From: a candidate division WOR-3 bacterium
GTDB taxonomy: Bacteria > Hydrothermota > Tepidihabitantia > Tepidihabitantales > Tepidihabitantaceae
DNA: 52,102 nucleotides
Direction: 5' to 3'
Assembly: GCA_965648905.1 (NCBI GenBank)
Contig: CBFGIT010000007.1
Span: 72,805-124,906 of the forward strand
Below the pieces are notes generated by a model. The model did not search any database and was not told where the DNA came from. It saw nothing but the letters and a program-made list of their open reading frames with translations. Numbering within the stretch: the first letter of the stretch is position 1; each line of letters starts with the position of its first letter. This document shows, one piece after another, positions 1-9,800 of the stretch. The position numbers and the translations under genes are program-made.

Positions 1-708
1 CGGAACGCGACCGGCCGCACCATCGCCGGACTTTCCCGCCGGGGCAAATACCTGCTCATCGAACTTGACCAGGGATGGTGGCTGGTATTCCACCTTCGGC
101 TCAGCGGCCACCTGGAGCTGACCGGCCCGAACGAACACCCTACCTTTGAGCGACTGCGTCTTGGCCTGTCGCAGGGAATGAGTCTCTCCTTCGTCGAGCC
201 ACGCGCACTCGGTCGGGCATACCTCTTCCGACAACAGGAAGTCCCGAGTGTACTTGCCGGCATGCTCCGAATGGGACCGGAACCGATGTCGCCGGACTTC
301 ACGGTCAATTACCTGGCTGACCGACTGAAAGGCAGAAAGGCAAGCGTCAAGAGCCTGCTTCTGGACCAGCGCGTCTGCTGTGGTGTCGGCAACATCTACT
401 CGGACGAAGCGTTGTTCCGGGCACGGGTGCGGCCTACTCGGGCCGCAGGTAAGCTCACCCGGACTGAAGTTGCCCGGCTGGTCCGGGCGCTCAGCCAGGT
501 GCTGCACGATGGCATCAAGTGGTGCGGCACGACCCTGGATGACGGCCGCTATCTACTGCCCGACCAGGCTCGGGGCCGATTCCAGGAACGCCTGGCCGTT
601 TTCGGCCGCGAGGGCAGGCCGTGCCGACGCCGCGGCTGCCCGGGTGTAATCCGACGAATCCGGATTGGCAACCGGGGAACCCGATTCTGCCCGGTCTGCC
701 AGCAATAG
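1..708 (+). CDS. mutM: Formamidopyrimidine-DNA glycosylase (Fpg/MutM), 5' end outside window
   Basis: Frame 1 is open from base 1 and reads RRGKYLLI...HLRLSG. It has the H2TH motif LLDQ..GVGNIYSDEALF and a C-terminal zinc finger (PCRRRGC...FCPVCQ). Confidence 0.95.
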   Translation, partial: RNATGRTIAGLSRRGKYLLIELDQGWWLVFHLRLSGHLELTGPNEHPTFERLRLGLSQGMSLSFVEPRALGRAYLFRQQEVPSVLAGMLRMGPEPMSPDFTVNYLADRLKGRKASVKSLLLDQRVCCGVGNIYSDEALFRARVRPTRAAGKLTRTEVARLVRALSQVLHDGIKWCGTTLDDGRYLLPDQARGRFQERLAVFGREGRPCRRRGCPGVIRRIRIGNRGTRFCPVCQQ

Positions 709-717
709 GAGGTCACT

Positions 718-1665
718 GTGCTGGGAACTACTCTCGGGATCATCTGCCACGGTGGAGCCGGCGTGATTGACGACAAGCCGGCTGCCGTTGCCGGGCTGAC
801 CGAGGCAATCGAAGAAGGCTACCGTCTGCTCCGTCAGAGTGCCAGTTGCCTTGAAGCGGTCGTGACCGCGGTACGCATCATGGAGGACAACCCGCTGTTC
901 AACTGCGGTACCGGTTCCAGCCTGACCGTCGACGGCGTGGCCGAGATGGATGCCTCGGTCATGACCCAGGACGGCCGCTTCGGCGCGGTCTGTGGTCTGG
1001 TTCGGACAAAGAATCCGATACTGGTCGCGCACAAGGTGATGACCGAAACCGACCACCTGCTGCTCTCAGGCGAAGGTGCGGTCGAGTTTGCCCGCCGGAT
1101 GGGATTCGAGGAGTATGACGTTGCCACCGAGCGGTCGCGCACCCGGCTGCAGAAGGTACTGGCCGAAGGCTCGCCGTACTTCCCCCGGATGCCCAAGGCT
1201 CCGCCACCTGAATCTGACACTCGGGGTCCGGAGTCGGGTGAACACCTTGGCACCGCGGGTGCGGTCGCGATTGACAAACGCGGCAACCTCGCGGTGGCAA
1301 CCTCAAGCGGCGGTATTGCCGGGCGAATGCGGGGTCGGGTTGGAGATTCCGCGATCCTCGGCGCCGGAACCTACGCTGCGCCGTACGGTGCGGTGACCTG
1401 CACCGGTCACGGCGAGGAAATCATGCGTCGGCTTCTGGCCAAGGACATCGTTGACCGGATGCTGACCATGCCTGCCTCGGTTGCGCTGACGCTTGCAATG
1501 TCAGAGGCACGGCGGCGCAAGCTGAGGGTCGGGGCGGTCGGATTCGACGCCCGGGCCGGCATCTGCTACGGCCACACCACACCCGACATGGCCTGGGGCT
1601 ACAAAGTCGCCGAGCGGCTCTTCATGTTCACTGAAGACAAAGGCCCCAAGCCCAAACCGCTGTAG
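718..1665 (+). CDS. iaaA: Isoaspartyl peptidase/L-asparaginase (Ntn hydrolase)
   Basis: Motifs HGGAG, MEDNPLFNCG and EMDASVM, nucleophile site G|TAGAVA, and TSSGG...GRVGDS. AGGAGG lies before the GTG start. Confidence 0.88.
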   Translation: MLGTTLGIICHGGAGVIDDKPAAVAGLTEAIEEGYRLLRQSASCLEAVVTAVRIMEDNPLFNCGTGSSLTVDGVAEMDASVMTQDGRFGAVCGLVRTKNPILVAHKVMTETDHLLLSGEGAVEFARRMGFEEYDVATERSRTRLQKVLAEGSPYFPRMPKAPPPESDTRGPESGEHLGTAGAVAIDKRGNLAVATSSGGIAGRMRGRVGDSAILGAGTYAAPYGAVTCTGHGEEIMRRLLAKDIVDRMLTMPASVALTLAMSEARRRKLRVGAVGFDARAGICYGHTTPDMAWGYKVAERLFMFTEDKGPKPKPL

Positions 1666-1830
1666 CGCCGGCCGCGAACACTGAGGTTGGGGAATGTCTG
1701 GGCCTGCCCGGACAACCGCACCGCCCGGACACGCGCCATGTCCCAGGGACGAGCTGCCGGCGCGACTTGAGCAGGGACGGCTGACGTGCGAACATCATGG
1801 CGGAGCAGGCCAGGAGCGGGACTTTCGGTC

Positions 1831-2142
1831 GTCCCTCTGGCAATGCCGATTGCCATGCATGCTGAAGTGCTGACAGAAATGACGCTGGCTGCGCTCGTGG
1901 TCATGCTGTTTGGAATCAAGCGCTTGGTGCTGGCTGACGCCGCGGGAGTTGTGCCAGTCGCAACTAAGAGTGAGTTGCCACCTGGTTGCACGTCAGCAAT
2001 CCCACCCGACATGTCTTCAGGATCGCCGAGTGAGTCAAAGTCGCCAGTGGCACTGACCGCGCCAACGGAAGTGACAATGGGAGTGCATCGGGGGACGGTA
2101 TACCGGACGTGCATGTGCCGCGTTCCCTGCGCCGGTGCGTGC
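1831..2142 (+). repeat. Degenerate 12-bp-period tract (26 units)
   Basis: Units such as atgccgattgcc/atgcatgctgaa/gtgctgacagaa/atgacgctggct/atgctgtttgga. G is at unit position 10 in 19 of the first 22 units. Confidence 0.75.
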
Positions 2143-2145
2143 ATG

Positions 2146-2170
2146 TAATGCTTTGATTGTCAAGCTGTTA
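2146..2170. promoter_or_regulatory. 25-bp TAA...TTA pseudo-palindromic box
   Basis: taatgctttgattgtcaagctgtta(g) = TAA-N4-TTGA-N3-TCAA-N4-TTA. Related boxes at 2271, 18118, 35456, 46932 and 47038. Confidence 0.6.
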
Positions 2171-2270
2171 GCAGCAGGTCTCTGACCTCGTGCCGTTCTT
2201 GTTACCATTGCCGGCAAAGGAGACGCATGACAATACCAACTATCACGGACAAAACACGCGGTAGGCGAGC

Positions 2271-2295
2271 TAAGTCAATCTCTTTCAGCAGGATA
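2271..2295. promoter_or_regulatory. Second, weaker 25-bp box
   Basis: taagtcaatctctttcagcaggata, 125 bp after the first box. The right end is imperfect. Confidence 0.35.
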
Positions 2296-2386
2296 CGTTG
2301 TCTGGTGGTGATCTGACTCCCCGGCTTCCCAAGGAGCAGTTGGATGTGCGATAGCAGGCTTGGCTGAATCGGCGTCTGTCAGGTTT

Positions 2387-2615
2387 CTGCTTTGGGTGAT
2401 GTTGTCGGTTTCAGCTTCGGCGCGGGCTTGAGGGTTGCTTCCGGCGCTGCTGTGCGCGATGCGCCGGGCACATGCTCGAGCAGGAGACTGAGCCGTCGGT
2501 TGAGAAGTTGTCTCGTGAGTTGACCATGCAGTTGAGCCGGCGTTTGTATCGGAGTTCTGTGGCTTCCTCGGCTTTCGGCCCGACGGTCTTGTCACGACAG
2601 GACTTTGATGATGGA
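2387..2615 (+). repeat. Degenerate 12-bp-period tract
   Basis: Units include ctgctttgggtg/atgttgtcggtt, later ttgcttccggcg/ctgctgtgcgcg/atgcgccgggca. After a 1-nt slip come ttgtctcgtgag/ttgaccatgcag/ttgagccggcgt/ttgtatcggagt. Confidence 0.6.
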
Positions 2616-2695
2616 GGAATGACTAGCAGCGGAGGCAAGACAAAGGCAGAATACAGGGCTCAGAGCAAAGACGCGAAGGGTGGGGCTGACGAGCG

Positions 2696-2723
2696 TTGAC
2701 ATCGGTGATACGGACGGTAGACT
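2696..2723 (+). promoter_or_regulatory. Sigma70-type promoter
   Basis: TTGACA-16bp-TAGACT, 11 nt before the GTG at 2735. Confidence 0.65.
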
Positions 2724-2734
2724 AACCATCCTCC

Positions 2735-5620
2735 GTGCCTAGTCTCGTTCTCCGCATCCTTCCTCGTGTCAGGCCTGCGGTGTTGCTGGTGCTGGCTGTC
2801 GCAACTTGCGCGCTGGGCCAGTATTCCTACTTCGGCAAGAGCAAGGTCCAAACCCGGGACTATGCCTTCCAGAACCTGGAGACCGAGCACTTCCGCATCC
2901 TGTTCTATCCGGGGGGCGAGGCTCTGGCCGAGTTCGCGGCCCGGTCAGCCGAGGAGTACTACCGTCTCACCTCGACTGACCTCAACCTTGAGCTCGAAGA
3001 CCGGGTCCCGCTGATTCTCTATCTCTCGCCCAACCAGTTCAGCGAGACCAATGTCACCCTGGAGATAATCGAGGAAGGGGTCGGCGGCTTTGCCGAGCTG
3101 CTCAAGAACCGCATCGTCATACCGTTCAACGGTTCGTACAGCGACCTGCACCACGTCATCGGCCACGAGCTGACCCATATCTTCGAGTTTCGGATGTTCT
3201 ACCGCTCGCGGCTGGCCGCCCTGCTCGGCGCAGTTGATGAGTTTCAGATTCCGCTCTGGGTATTGGAAGGCTTTGCCGAGTTCCAGTCCGGCTGGGCCAA
3301 TGTCAGTTCCGAGACGTTCATGCGCGACCTCGTGCTCAACAACCGCGTCGTACCGCTGCACCAGTTGAGTGATAACATGGGCTACCTTGTCTATCGTCAG
3401 GGCGAGTCCTTTTTCCACTATGTCGAGGAGAAGTACGGCCGCAAGAAGGTCTATGAGTTCCTGCACGTGCTTGCCCGACGCCGGAACCTGACCGCGACCT
3501 TTGATGCTGTGTTTGGTCTGTCGGTCGAGCGGTTCTCCCGCGAGTGGGAGGAGTGGCTGCGTATCCGCTACTGGCCTCAGGTGACCCGGTTGCGCAACTT
3601 CGACCAGCTTGCCGAGCGCCTTACCAACCATCAGGAAGACCGCTCGGTCTACAACACCGCACCGGCAATCTCGCCTAGCGGCACCAAGGTCGCAATGATT
3701 TCCGACCGGCACGAATACGCCGACGTCTACGTCATATCCGCGTTTGACGGCCGGGTGCTCAAGCGGCTGGTACGGGGTGAACGTTCGGGTGGCTTTGAGG
3801 CGATGCACCTGTTGCGCCCCGGACTGGCCTGGTCACCGGACGAGCACACGATTGCGGTCGTGACCAGAACCGCGGGCCGGGACAACCTGGCCTTGATTGA
3901 CTACTCATCCGGCCGGGTGGTGCGGCGCATCTTCGGTAACCTCGACGCGGTGTACAGCCCCTGCTTCTCGCCTGACGGACGACGTGTTGCTTTTGTCGGA
4001 CTGAAGAACGGGTTCAGTGACATCTACGAGGTTGATGCATCGGGTGGGGAGCCGCGCCGTGTCACCTACGATATGTACGATGACCGGGACCCGACCTATT
4101 CGCCGAGCGGCGAAACGATCGCCTTCGTCTCTGACCGACCAGACGCGGGCAGTCAGTGGTCCCCAGGCTCCTACGCAGTCTGGCTCCGCTCCCAGAGCGG
4201 CGCTGAGCGTCTCACCGACCGCAGCGAGCAGATGTCCCATCCGGTCTTCACCAAGTCGGGTGAGTATCTCATCTACGCGGCGTCCGACTCGGCCGCCAAC
4301 GTCTTTGTCTTCTCGCGGGCAGAGCGAAGAGTCGTCCGCCGCACCGACCTGCTCGGTGACGCGTCCCATCTCTCGCTTTCTGCCGATGACCGCAAACTCG
4401 CCTTTGCTTACTACTCCAACGTCGGCTGGGACATTGCCGTGATGCTCGACCCGCTCGAGAAGATTCCGGTGGACTCAGGCCCGGGTCGGCCGGCACGGCT
4501 CGATACGTTGTCGTTCGAGAAACAGGGGCTTGACTTTGGTCGGGTCAGGCCGGTCGGCTTCAATCTGTCGCTTGACTACGCAGTGGGCGCAGCCTCATAC
4601 GGCATCGGCCCGTCCGGCGGCTTCTCCGGTACGCTCAATCTTGCCTTCAGCGACATGCTGGGCAACCACCGATTCGGACTCTACACAGACCTGTACGGCG
4701 ACATCCTCAACTCCAACCTGATGCTTGAGTACTGGCTTCTGCCCTATCGGGTTGACTATGGCTTTGCTCTGTTTCAGTTCTTCGACGTACCACTCTACTA
4801 CCCGTACCGGTATCGGGTCGACCAAACCAATCGGGGTGGACAGGCACTTGCCGGGTATCCGTTCAATCGGTTCGTCCGGGCCGAACTTGGCCTCACGCTT
4901 TACAACAGCAGGCTGGATGTCTACCGTTGGGGGGTCTCATCGGAGTATGCCGGATGGTACTGGGAACGGGCTTACAACGAACGCGTGATGTACGCAAGCC
5001 CGGCTCTGGTGCTCGACAACACATACTGGGATGGCTATGGCCCGGCGCGCGGTACTCGAACCCGACTTGGGGTCGACGTATCATTCTTGTCTGACCGGCA
5101 CTTCCAGGATGTGTTTGCTGACTGGCGTAACTACCAGCGTATCGGCAGACGAACGGTATTCGCGTCGCGCCTGTTCGGTGTACGCGGCTTTGGCCGAGAT
5201 GCCGACCAGTACTACATCGGTGGCGTGCGATTTCTTGAGTACGCGCCTGGCCAGATGGTCATCCGGGGGTACCAGCCGGCCGAGTTCGCCGACGATTCCT
5301 TGGTCGGCCCGGGTGCGGCCCTTTTCGGCTTCGAACTGCGCTACCCTTTCATTGACCGGCTCAAGTTCGCCTTTCCCCTGCCGCTTGACATCCAGGGCAT
5401 CAGAGGCGTGGCGTTCCTTGACGGCGGCCTGATTCAGCGGCCGGGTCTGAGGATTTGGGATGGTTCGCAAAATGAACTGAAGGACCTGAAACTGGGCGTC
5501 GGGTTCGGCATCAGAACTCAGATTGCCTTCATACCAGTCAAGCTCGACCTGGCCAAACCCCTCTCTGCCACTGATGACAAGAGCTGGAAGTTCATTTTCG
5601 GGCTCGGTCTGGACTTCTAG
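2735..5620 (+). CDS. Outer-membrane protein: peptidase MA-like domain + TolB/PD40 beta-propeller + Omp85 (BamA/TamA-like) barrel
   Basis: Signal peptide. HELTH...PLWVLEGFAE metallopeptidase motif. Repeated P.(W/F)SPDG..IAF.S PD40 units. C-terminal barrel with IRGY motif and terminal Phe. Confidence 0.85.
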   Translation: MPSLVLRILPRVRPAVLLVLAVATCALGQYSYFGKSKVQTRDYAFQNLETEHFRILFYPGGEALAEFAARSAEEYYRLTSTDLNLELEDRVPLILYLSPNQFSETNVTLEIIEEGVGGFAELLKNRIVIPFNGSYSDLHHVIGHELTHIFEFRMFYRSRLAALLGAVDEFQIPLWVLEGFAEFQSGWANVSSETFMRDLVLNNRVVPLHQLSDNMGYLVYRQGESFFHYVEEKYGRKKVYEFLHVLARRRNLTATFDAVFGLSVERFSREWEEWLRIRYWPQVTRLRNFDQLAERLTNHQEDRSVYNTAPAISPSGTKVAMISDRHEYADVYVISAFDGRVLKRLVRGERSGGFEAMHLLRPGLAWSPDEHTIAVVTRTAGRDNLALIDYSSGRVVRRIFGNLDAVYSPCFSPDGRRVAFVGLKNGFSDIYEVDASGGEPRRVTYDMYDDRDPTYSPSGETIAFVSDRPDAGSQWSPGSYAVWLRSQSGAERLTDRSEQMSHPVFTKSGEYLIYAASDSAANVFVFSRAERRVVRRTDLLGDASHLSLSADDRKLAFAYYSNVGWDIAVMLDPLEKIPVDSGPGRPARLDTLSFEKQGLDFGRVRPVGFNLSLDYAVGAASYGIGPSGGFSGTLNLAFSDMLGNHRFGLYTDLYGDILNSNLMLEYWLLPYRVDYGFALFQFFDVPLYYPYRYRVDQTNRGGQALAGYPFNRFVRAELGLTLYNSRLDVYRWGVSSEYAGWYWERAYNERVMYASPALVLDNTYWDGYGPARGTRTRLGVDVSFLSDRHFQDVFADWRNYQRIGRRTVFASRLFGVRGFGRDADQYYIGGVRFLEYAPGQMVIRGYQPAEFADDSLVGPGAALFGFELRYPFIDRLKFAFPLPLDIQGIRGVAFLDGGLIQRPGLRIWDGSQNELKDLKLGVGFGIRTQIAFIPVKLDLAKPLSATDDKSWKFIFGLGLDF

Positions 5621-6809
5621 CATCCTGCGGAACGCGGCCTGGCTGCTCACCCTTCTTGCTTGTTCCTGCACGCCGTTTGTCCGTCGGGGAAAGCCGCTAT
5701 CGCCCGATGAGGCGGCACGCGGCTTCGCCGAGCGACTCAAGGCGGCGCAGTCGTTCGCCTTCCGGCTGAGCTACCATACCGACATTCCCTTCCCGCTCGG
5801 CGCGGAGTTCTCCGGCCTGCGGCAAAGCAGTGACCGCGAAGAGTGGAACGGAACCTGGACACGCGGCAGCGAGAGGTCCAAGGTCGCGCTGCGGGCCGCG
5901 GGCCCGGTTCAGTATGAATATGAGAACGGAAAGTGGCACCGAACCCAGCGCGGGGTTGAGACGAGAGTCCTCGACCAGCTTCAGCCCGTCGTCAAGGGCA
6001 GTCGATTGACCTTCATGAAGACCGAGGCGGGTCGGCACTTCTACCAGTTCACTCCTGAAGTGCCGATTCTGGACCCGACCCAGACGCGCAAGCTGTCCGG
6101 CACAATCGAGATTGACATTCACAGCGGACTGCCGCGGAACGTCTACTGCTCAGACTCAACCCGAACCGCAGAGTGGCGTCTCTCGTTCAGTCGTTTCAAC
6201 CGGGCCGGTCGGGTGCGCGTGCCGTTCGTCCCGGTTCAGACCATCACCGTCGCGCCGTCTCGCCGGCTCAGCCGAGCCGAGTTCAGGCGTGCGGAACAGG
6301 TGATTGAGGCGCGCCTGCGTACCACCGACCCGGAAGCGGAAATCGAGCCAGCACGGGGCGGCCTGAGGTTGAGCATGTCCCGGCGGCTGTCTGAACGCGA
6401 AGTCGAACTGCTGCTGGGCCAGGGCCGGGTCGAGGTTCGGGCTGCCCGGGTCACCACCGAGGCAGACACCGCGGGCTCGGTCAAGGTCGGGGACGATGCT
6501 GCGACGCGGGTTGCACTGGGCCGGATGATTGCCGGTCCCGGCTCCATGACTGCCGAACTCGTGGCCGACGTTCCTGTCCGACCCGGTCTGGCTGTCTTCC
6601 CGCAGCGACCAGGGATCATCTCAGGCAGCACTGACCGCGATACGGTCCTGGTATTTGTGCTCGACGGTGCGGTACTTTCTGCGGCCCGGGGACAGGCTGA
6701 CGGCCGAATCGTATTCTACGACCTGGGTAGCGAAGACCTGATTGTCGTCCTGGCCGGGGTTGTAAACAGCGGAGTGCTGCCTGCCCGATTCCGGGTCGCG
6801 GGTCGGTGA
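5574..6809 (+). CDS. Putative lipoprotein: LolA/LppX-like N-domain + SecD P1-like domain (start uncertain)
   Basis: Lipobox-like LLACSC. Segments AEQVIEARL...LLGQGRVEVR and LVFVLDGAVLSA...LAGVVNSGVLP resemble the SecD periplasmic P1 domain. No transmembrane bundle. Confidence 0.6.
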   Translation: MTRAGSSFSGSVWTSSILRNAAWLLTLLACSCTPFVRRGKPLSPDEAARGFAERLKAAQSFAFRLSYHTDIPFPLGAEFSGLRQSSDREEWNGTWTRGSERSKVALRAAGPVQYEYENGKWHRTQRGVETRVLDQLQPVVKGSRLTFMKTEAGRHFYQFTPEVPILDPTQTRKLSGTIEIDIHSGLPRNVYCSDSTRTAEWRLSFSRFNRAGRVRVPFVPVQTITVAPSRRLSRAEFRRAEQVIEARLRTTDPEAEIEPARGGLRLSMSRRLSEREVELLLGQGRVEVRAARVTTEADTAGSVKVGDDAATRVALGRMIAGPGSMTAELVADVPVRPGLAVFPQRPGIISGSTDRDTVLVFVLDGAVLSAARGQADGRIVFYDLGSEDLIVVLAGVVNSGVLPARFRVAGR

Positions 6810-6825
6810 CGCGGCATGTTCTAAC

Positions 6826-6853
6826 TGGACTACTGCCGACGAGCGTCTAGACT
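6826..6853 (+). promoter_or_regulatory. Sigma70-type promoter, probable leaderless transcript
   Basis: TGGACT-16bp-TAGACT, 7 nt before ATG 6861. Confidence 0.55.
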
Positions 6854-6860
6854 ATTGCTG

Positions 6861-9800
6861 ATGCGGAAGCATCCCCTGCTGCTGCTTTTCTGCCCGGCCG
6901 TGCTGGCCGCCTCGATCCAGACCATTGCATCAGGTTCGAACACCGTCTCATTCGTCTACGAGCCGGGCAAGCCGACGCTTGCGCTGACCGCAGAAGGCGC
7001 ACATCAGCTCGACCTGCCTGACGCCGACCACCTTGCCGAACCGGGCGAACTCGACCTGCCTTCCAAGGTCGTGCGAGTTGGTGTACCTCAGGCCGGCGGA
7101 GTCTCGGTGAGCAGCACGGTCGTGCCCGGACCAGTGTTCGAGGATGTGACTCCAGGCACGGTGGCAAGATTCAGCTACGAACCGGACACGGCCTGGTTTG
7201 ACGCTCCCGGCACCGATACCCGGCCCGTGGTCGAGACCGGGCCGATAGAACAACTGCGCGGGGTCAGGTTTGTGACCATCACGATTCGCCCGGCGAGCTA
7301 TGATGCCGGGTCTCGTCGGCTGTCCGTTGCCCAACAGGTACGGGTTCAGGTCCGGTTCGACCACACAGCACAGACCAACCCTCGGACTGACCCACTTGAT
7401 AACTGTCTTCGTCAGATGCTGCTCAACGGCGAACAGGCGGTCGACTGGAAGCTTGACCCGCCTGGTGCGCTGCCCAATCCGTACGCCCGCGCCAGCGCAT
7501 GGCTCAAGATCCAGGTTGACTCGACTGCGCTCTACGGCATCTCCGGCCGAGAGTTGGCCGCAGCCGGAGTCCCGATCTCCGGACTGGACCCGGCCGGGCT
7601 TGCGCTTTTCGGGGTCGGCGACCACGAGCCGTGCCGGACATACCCTGATTCGCTGACTCCGGTTCCGATACTGGTCCGAGGCGAAGAAGACGGCAGACTC
7701 GACCCGAACGACCAGGTTGTATTCTACGGTCTGGGCCCGAGCCGATGGCTCAAACGTGACTCGGCCTATCGTACCAACCTCTACACGCGCTACAACGTTT
7801 ACTGGCTGACCTGGGGCGGTGCGCGTGGCGCGCGAATCAGAACCGGGCTGGCCCCGGACACAGCCGGAACCAGAGTGGTTCGAACCGGCCGCGAGGTTGT
7901 CCGGCTCGAAAAGGATCTGGACTGCCCGGCACGGAGCGGTCTGCTCTGGATATGGACGATGTTCCTCAAGTCAACCGAAGGCGAAGCAACCAGCATCAAC
8001 ATCCCGCTTGAGCTGTCCGCACCGACCCGGTTCCGGGGCTTACGTGGCCGGTTCATCTCCCCGGATACGGGCAACTACCAGTTGCTCCTGCGGCTGCTCG
8101 TCAACGGTCGGCAGGTCGGGCCCGAGTACGCCTTTGGCCAGAGTCTGCCGAGCGCACCGTTTGAGTTTGCACTTGACACTACCTTGCCCCTTGCCTATCA
8201 ACGCAATACTCTGACAGTTGAGATCGGCGGAGCTTCGGGCAAACGGGCCTATCTTGACTTCCTTGAGCTGGAACACGAGAAGCGCCTTTCGCTCTCATCC
8301 GGCCGACTCCACTTCTTCCACGACGACACCGGCACGTTCCGATTCCTGCTGACCGACCTGCCCGACACGCCGCTCGTGCTCGACGTAACCGACAACCACG
8401 CACCCCGGCTTTGTCCGCTTCGGCTCGAGCCGGGCGACAGTGCCACGGTCTGCCTGCGCGTGCCGCGGCCGGCTGAGTTCGCTGCCGCAGTCCCCGGGTC
8501 CCTCCGCTCACCGGTGAGCATGACCATGCGCCGCCCCGGCGGTCTGCTCTCTGGCCTCCGCCAGGCAGACTACTGGATTGTTGTGCCTCGGTCCTTCAGC
8601 AGTCCGGCCCAGATGTTCGCCCGCTATCGCACGGGTCGAATCCCAGGTGTGAGTCGAGCCCGAGCTGACGTCGCTCTGCTCGACGACATCTATGACGACT
8701 ACTCGCTCGGAATGGAAGAACCGGCGGCGATCAAGCGGTTCTTCGCCGACAAGCAGCCCGCCTATGGCCTGCTCGTGGGCGACGCGACCTGCGACTATCG
8801 GAACATCCTCGGTCAGAAGATTGATGGCGTCCCGGCCTACGAATATGGGCTCGGTTTGAACCCGGATGCGCTCGATCGCACTGCCGCGGCGTTCGACGCC
8901 TGGTATGCCGACTTCGAAGGCGAAGGGGCGAGTCCGGATATGATTCTCGGTCGGGTGACGCCACGCACTGCCGAGGCGTTCCGCCGCTTCGCTGACAAGG
9001 TAGTGACTTATGAGACCGGGCCGGTCGGGTTCTGGAACAAGCGTTTCCTGCTGCTGGCCGACGACGAGTTCCTGGGCGAGCCGGGCCGGCCAGACCTCAT
9101 TCGGTTCACTCACATTGACCAGTGCGAAGCGATGGCGGTCCTGCCCGACAACCTGCTTCAACCGGTCAAGGTCTATCTGACCGAACACCAGTTCGCCGGG
9201 ACCAGAAACAAACCCGGTGCCAATGAAGAACTGATGCGCGAGCTGAATCGCGGAGGCCTGCTTTTCTTCTTCTTCGGTCACGGGTCCGGATTTGACCTGA
9301 CCCATGAAAGCGTGCTCAACATCAGCCGGGTTCCGCTCATCAACAACGAGGGCCGAACCCCGTTCTGCTATTTCGGCAGTTGCTCGGTCGGCCGATTTGA
9401 AGACACGCAGTTCGAGTGCATTGCCGAGGAGATGGTCCGAATGAACGGTGGTGCCATTGGAGCGGTTGCGGCAACCAAGGCAACGACGTCAGCCTCTAAC
9501 GGTGTCTTTGCCCGCAATCTCCTCACGCCGCTGGTCGCGATGCCTGACTCCACGGTCGGACAAAGCTTCTTCCGTGCCTGGCCTACTGACCGACTCTACC
9601 ATCTGTTCGGTGACCCGGCGGTTGTCCTGCGCCTTCCCCGGCCGTCATCCCAGACTCTCGCGGTTGCGCCGGACACGGTCCAACCGGGGCAGCGCCTGAG
9701 GGCTTCGGCGGTCGTCGAGTCACCTCGAGGCCGGTATGATTGGGTTCTTTCCGGCCCGCGGCGTGTTCGGTTCTACTGCTCGCCCAACCCGACAATGGGC

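Noticed and set aside
1666..2695. CRISPR array, tRNA or other structured RNA gene in the large intergenic gaps
   Set aside because: No identical direct repeats with spacers, no cloverleaf or T-loop signature, and no recognisable riboswitch consensus by eye.
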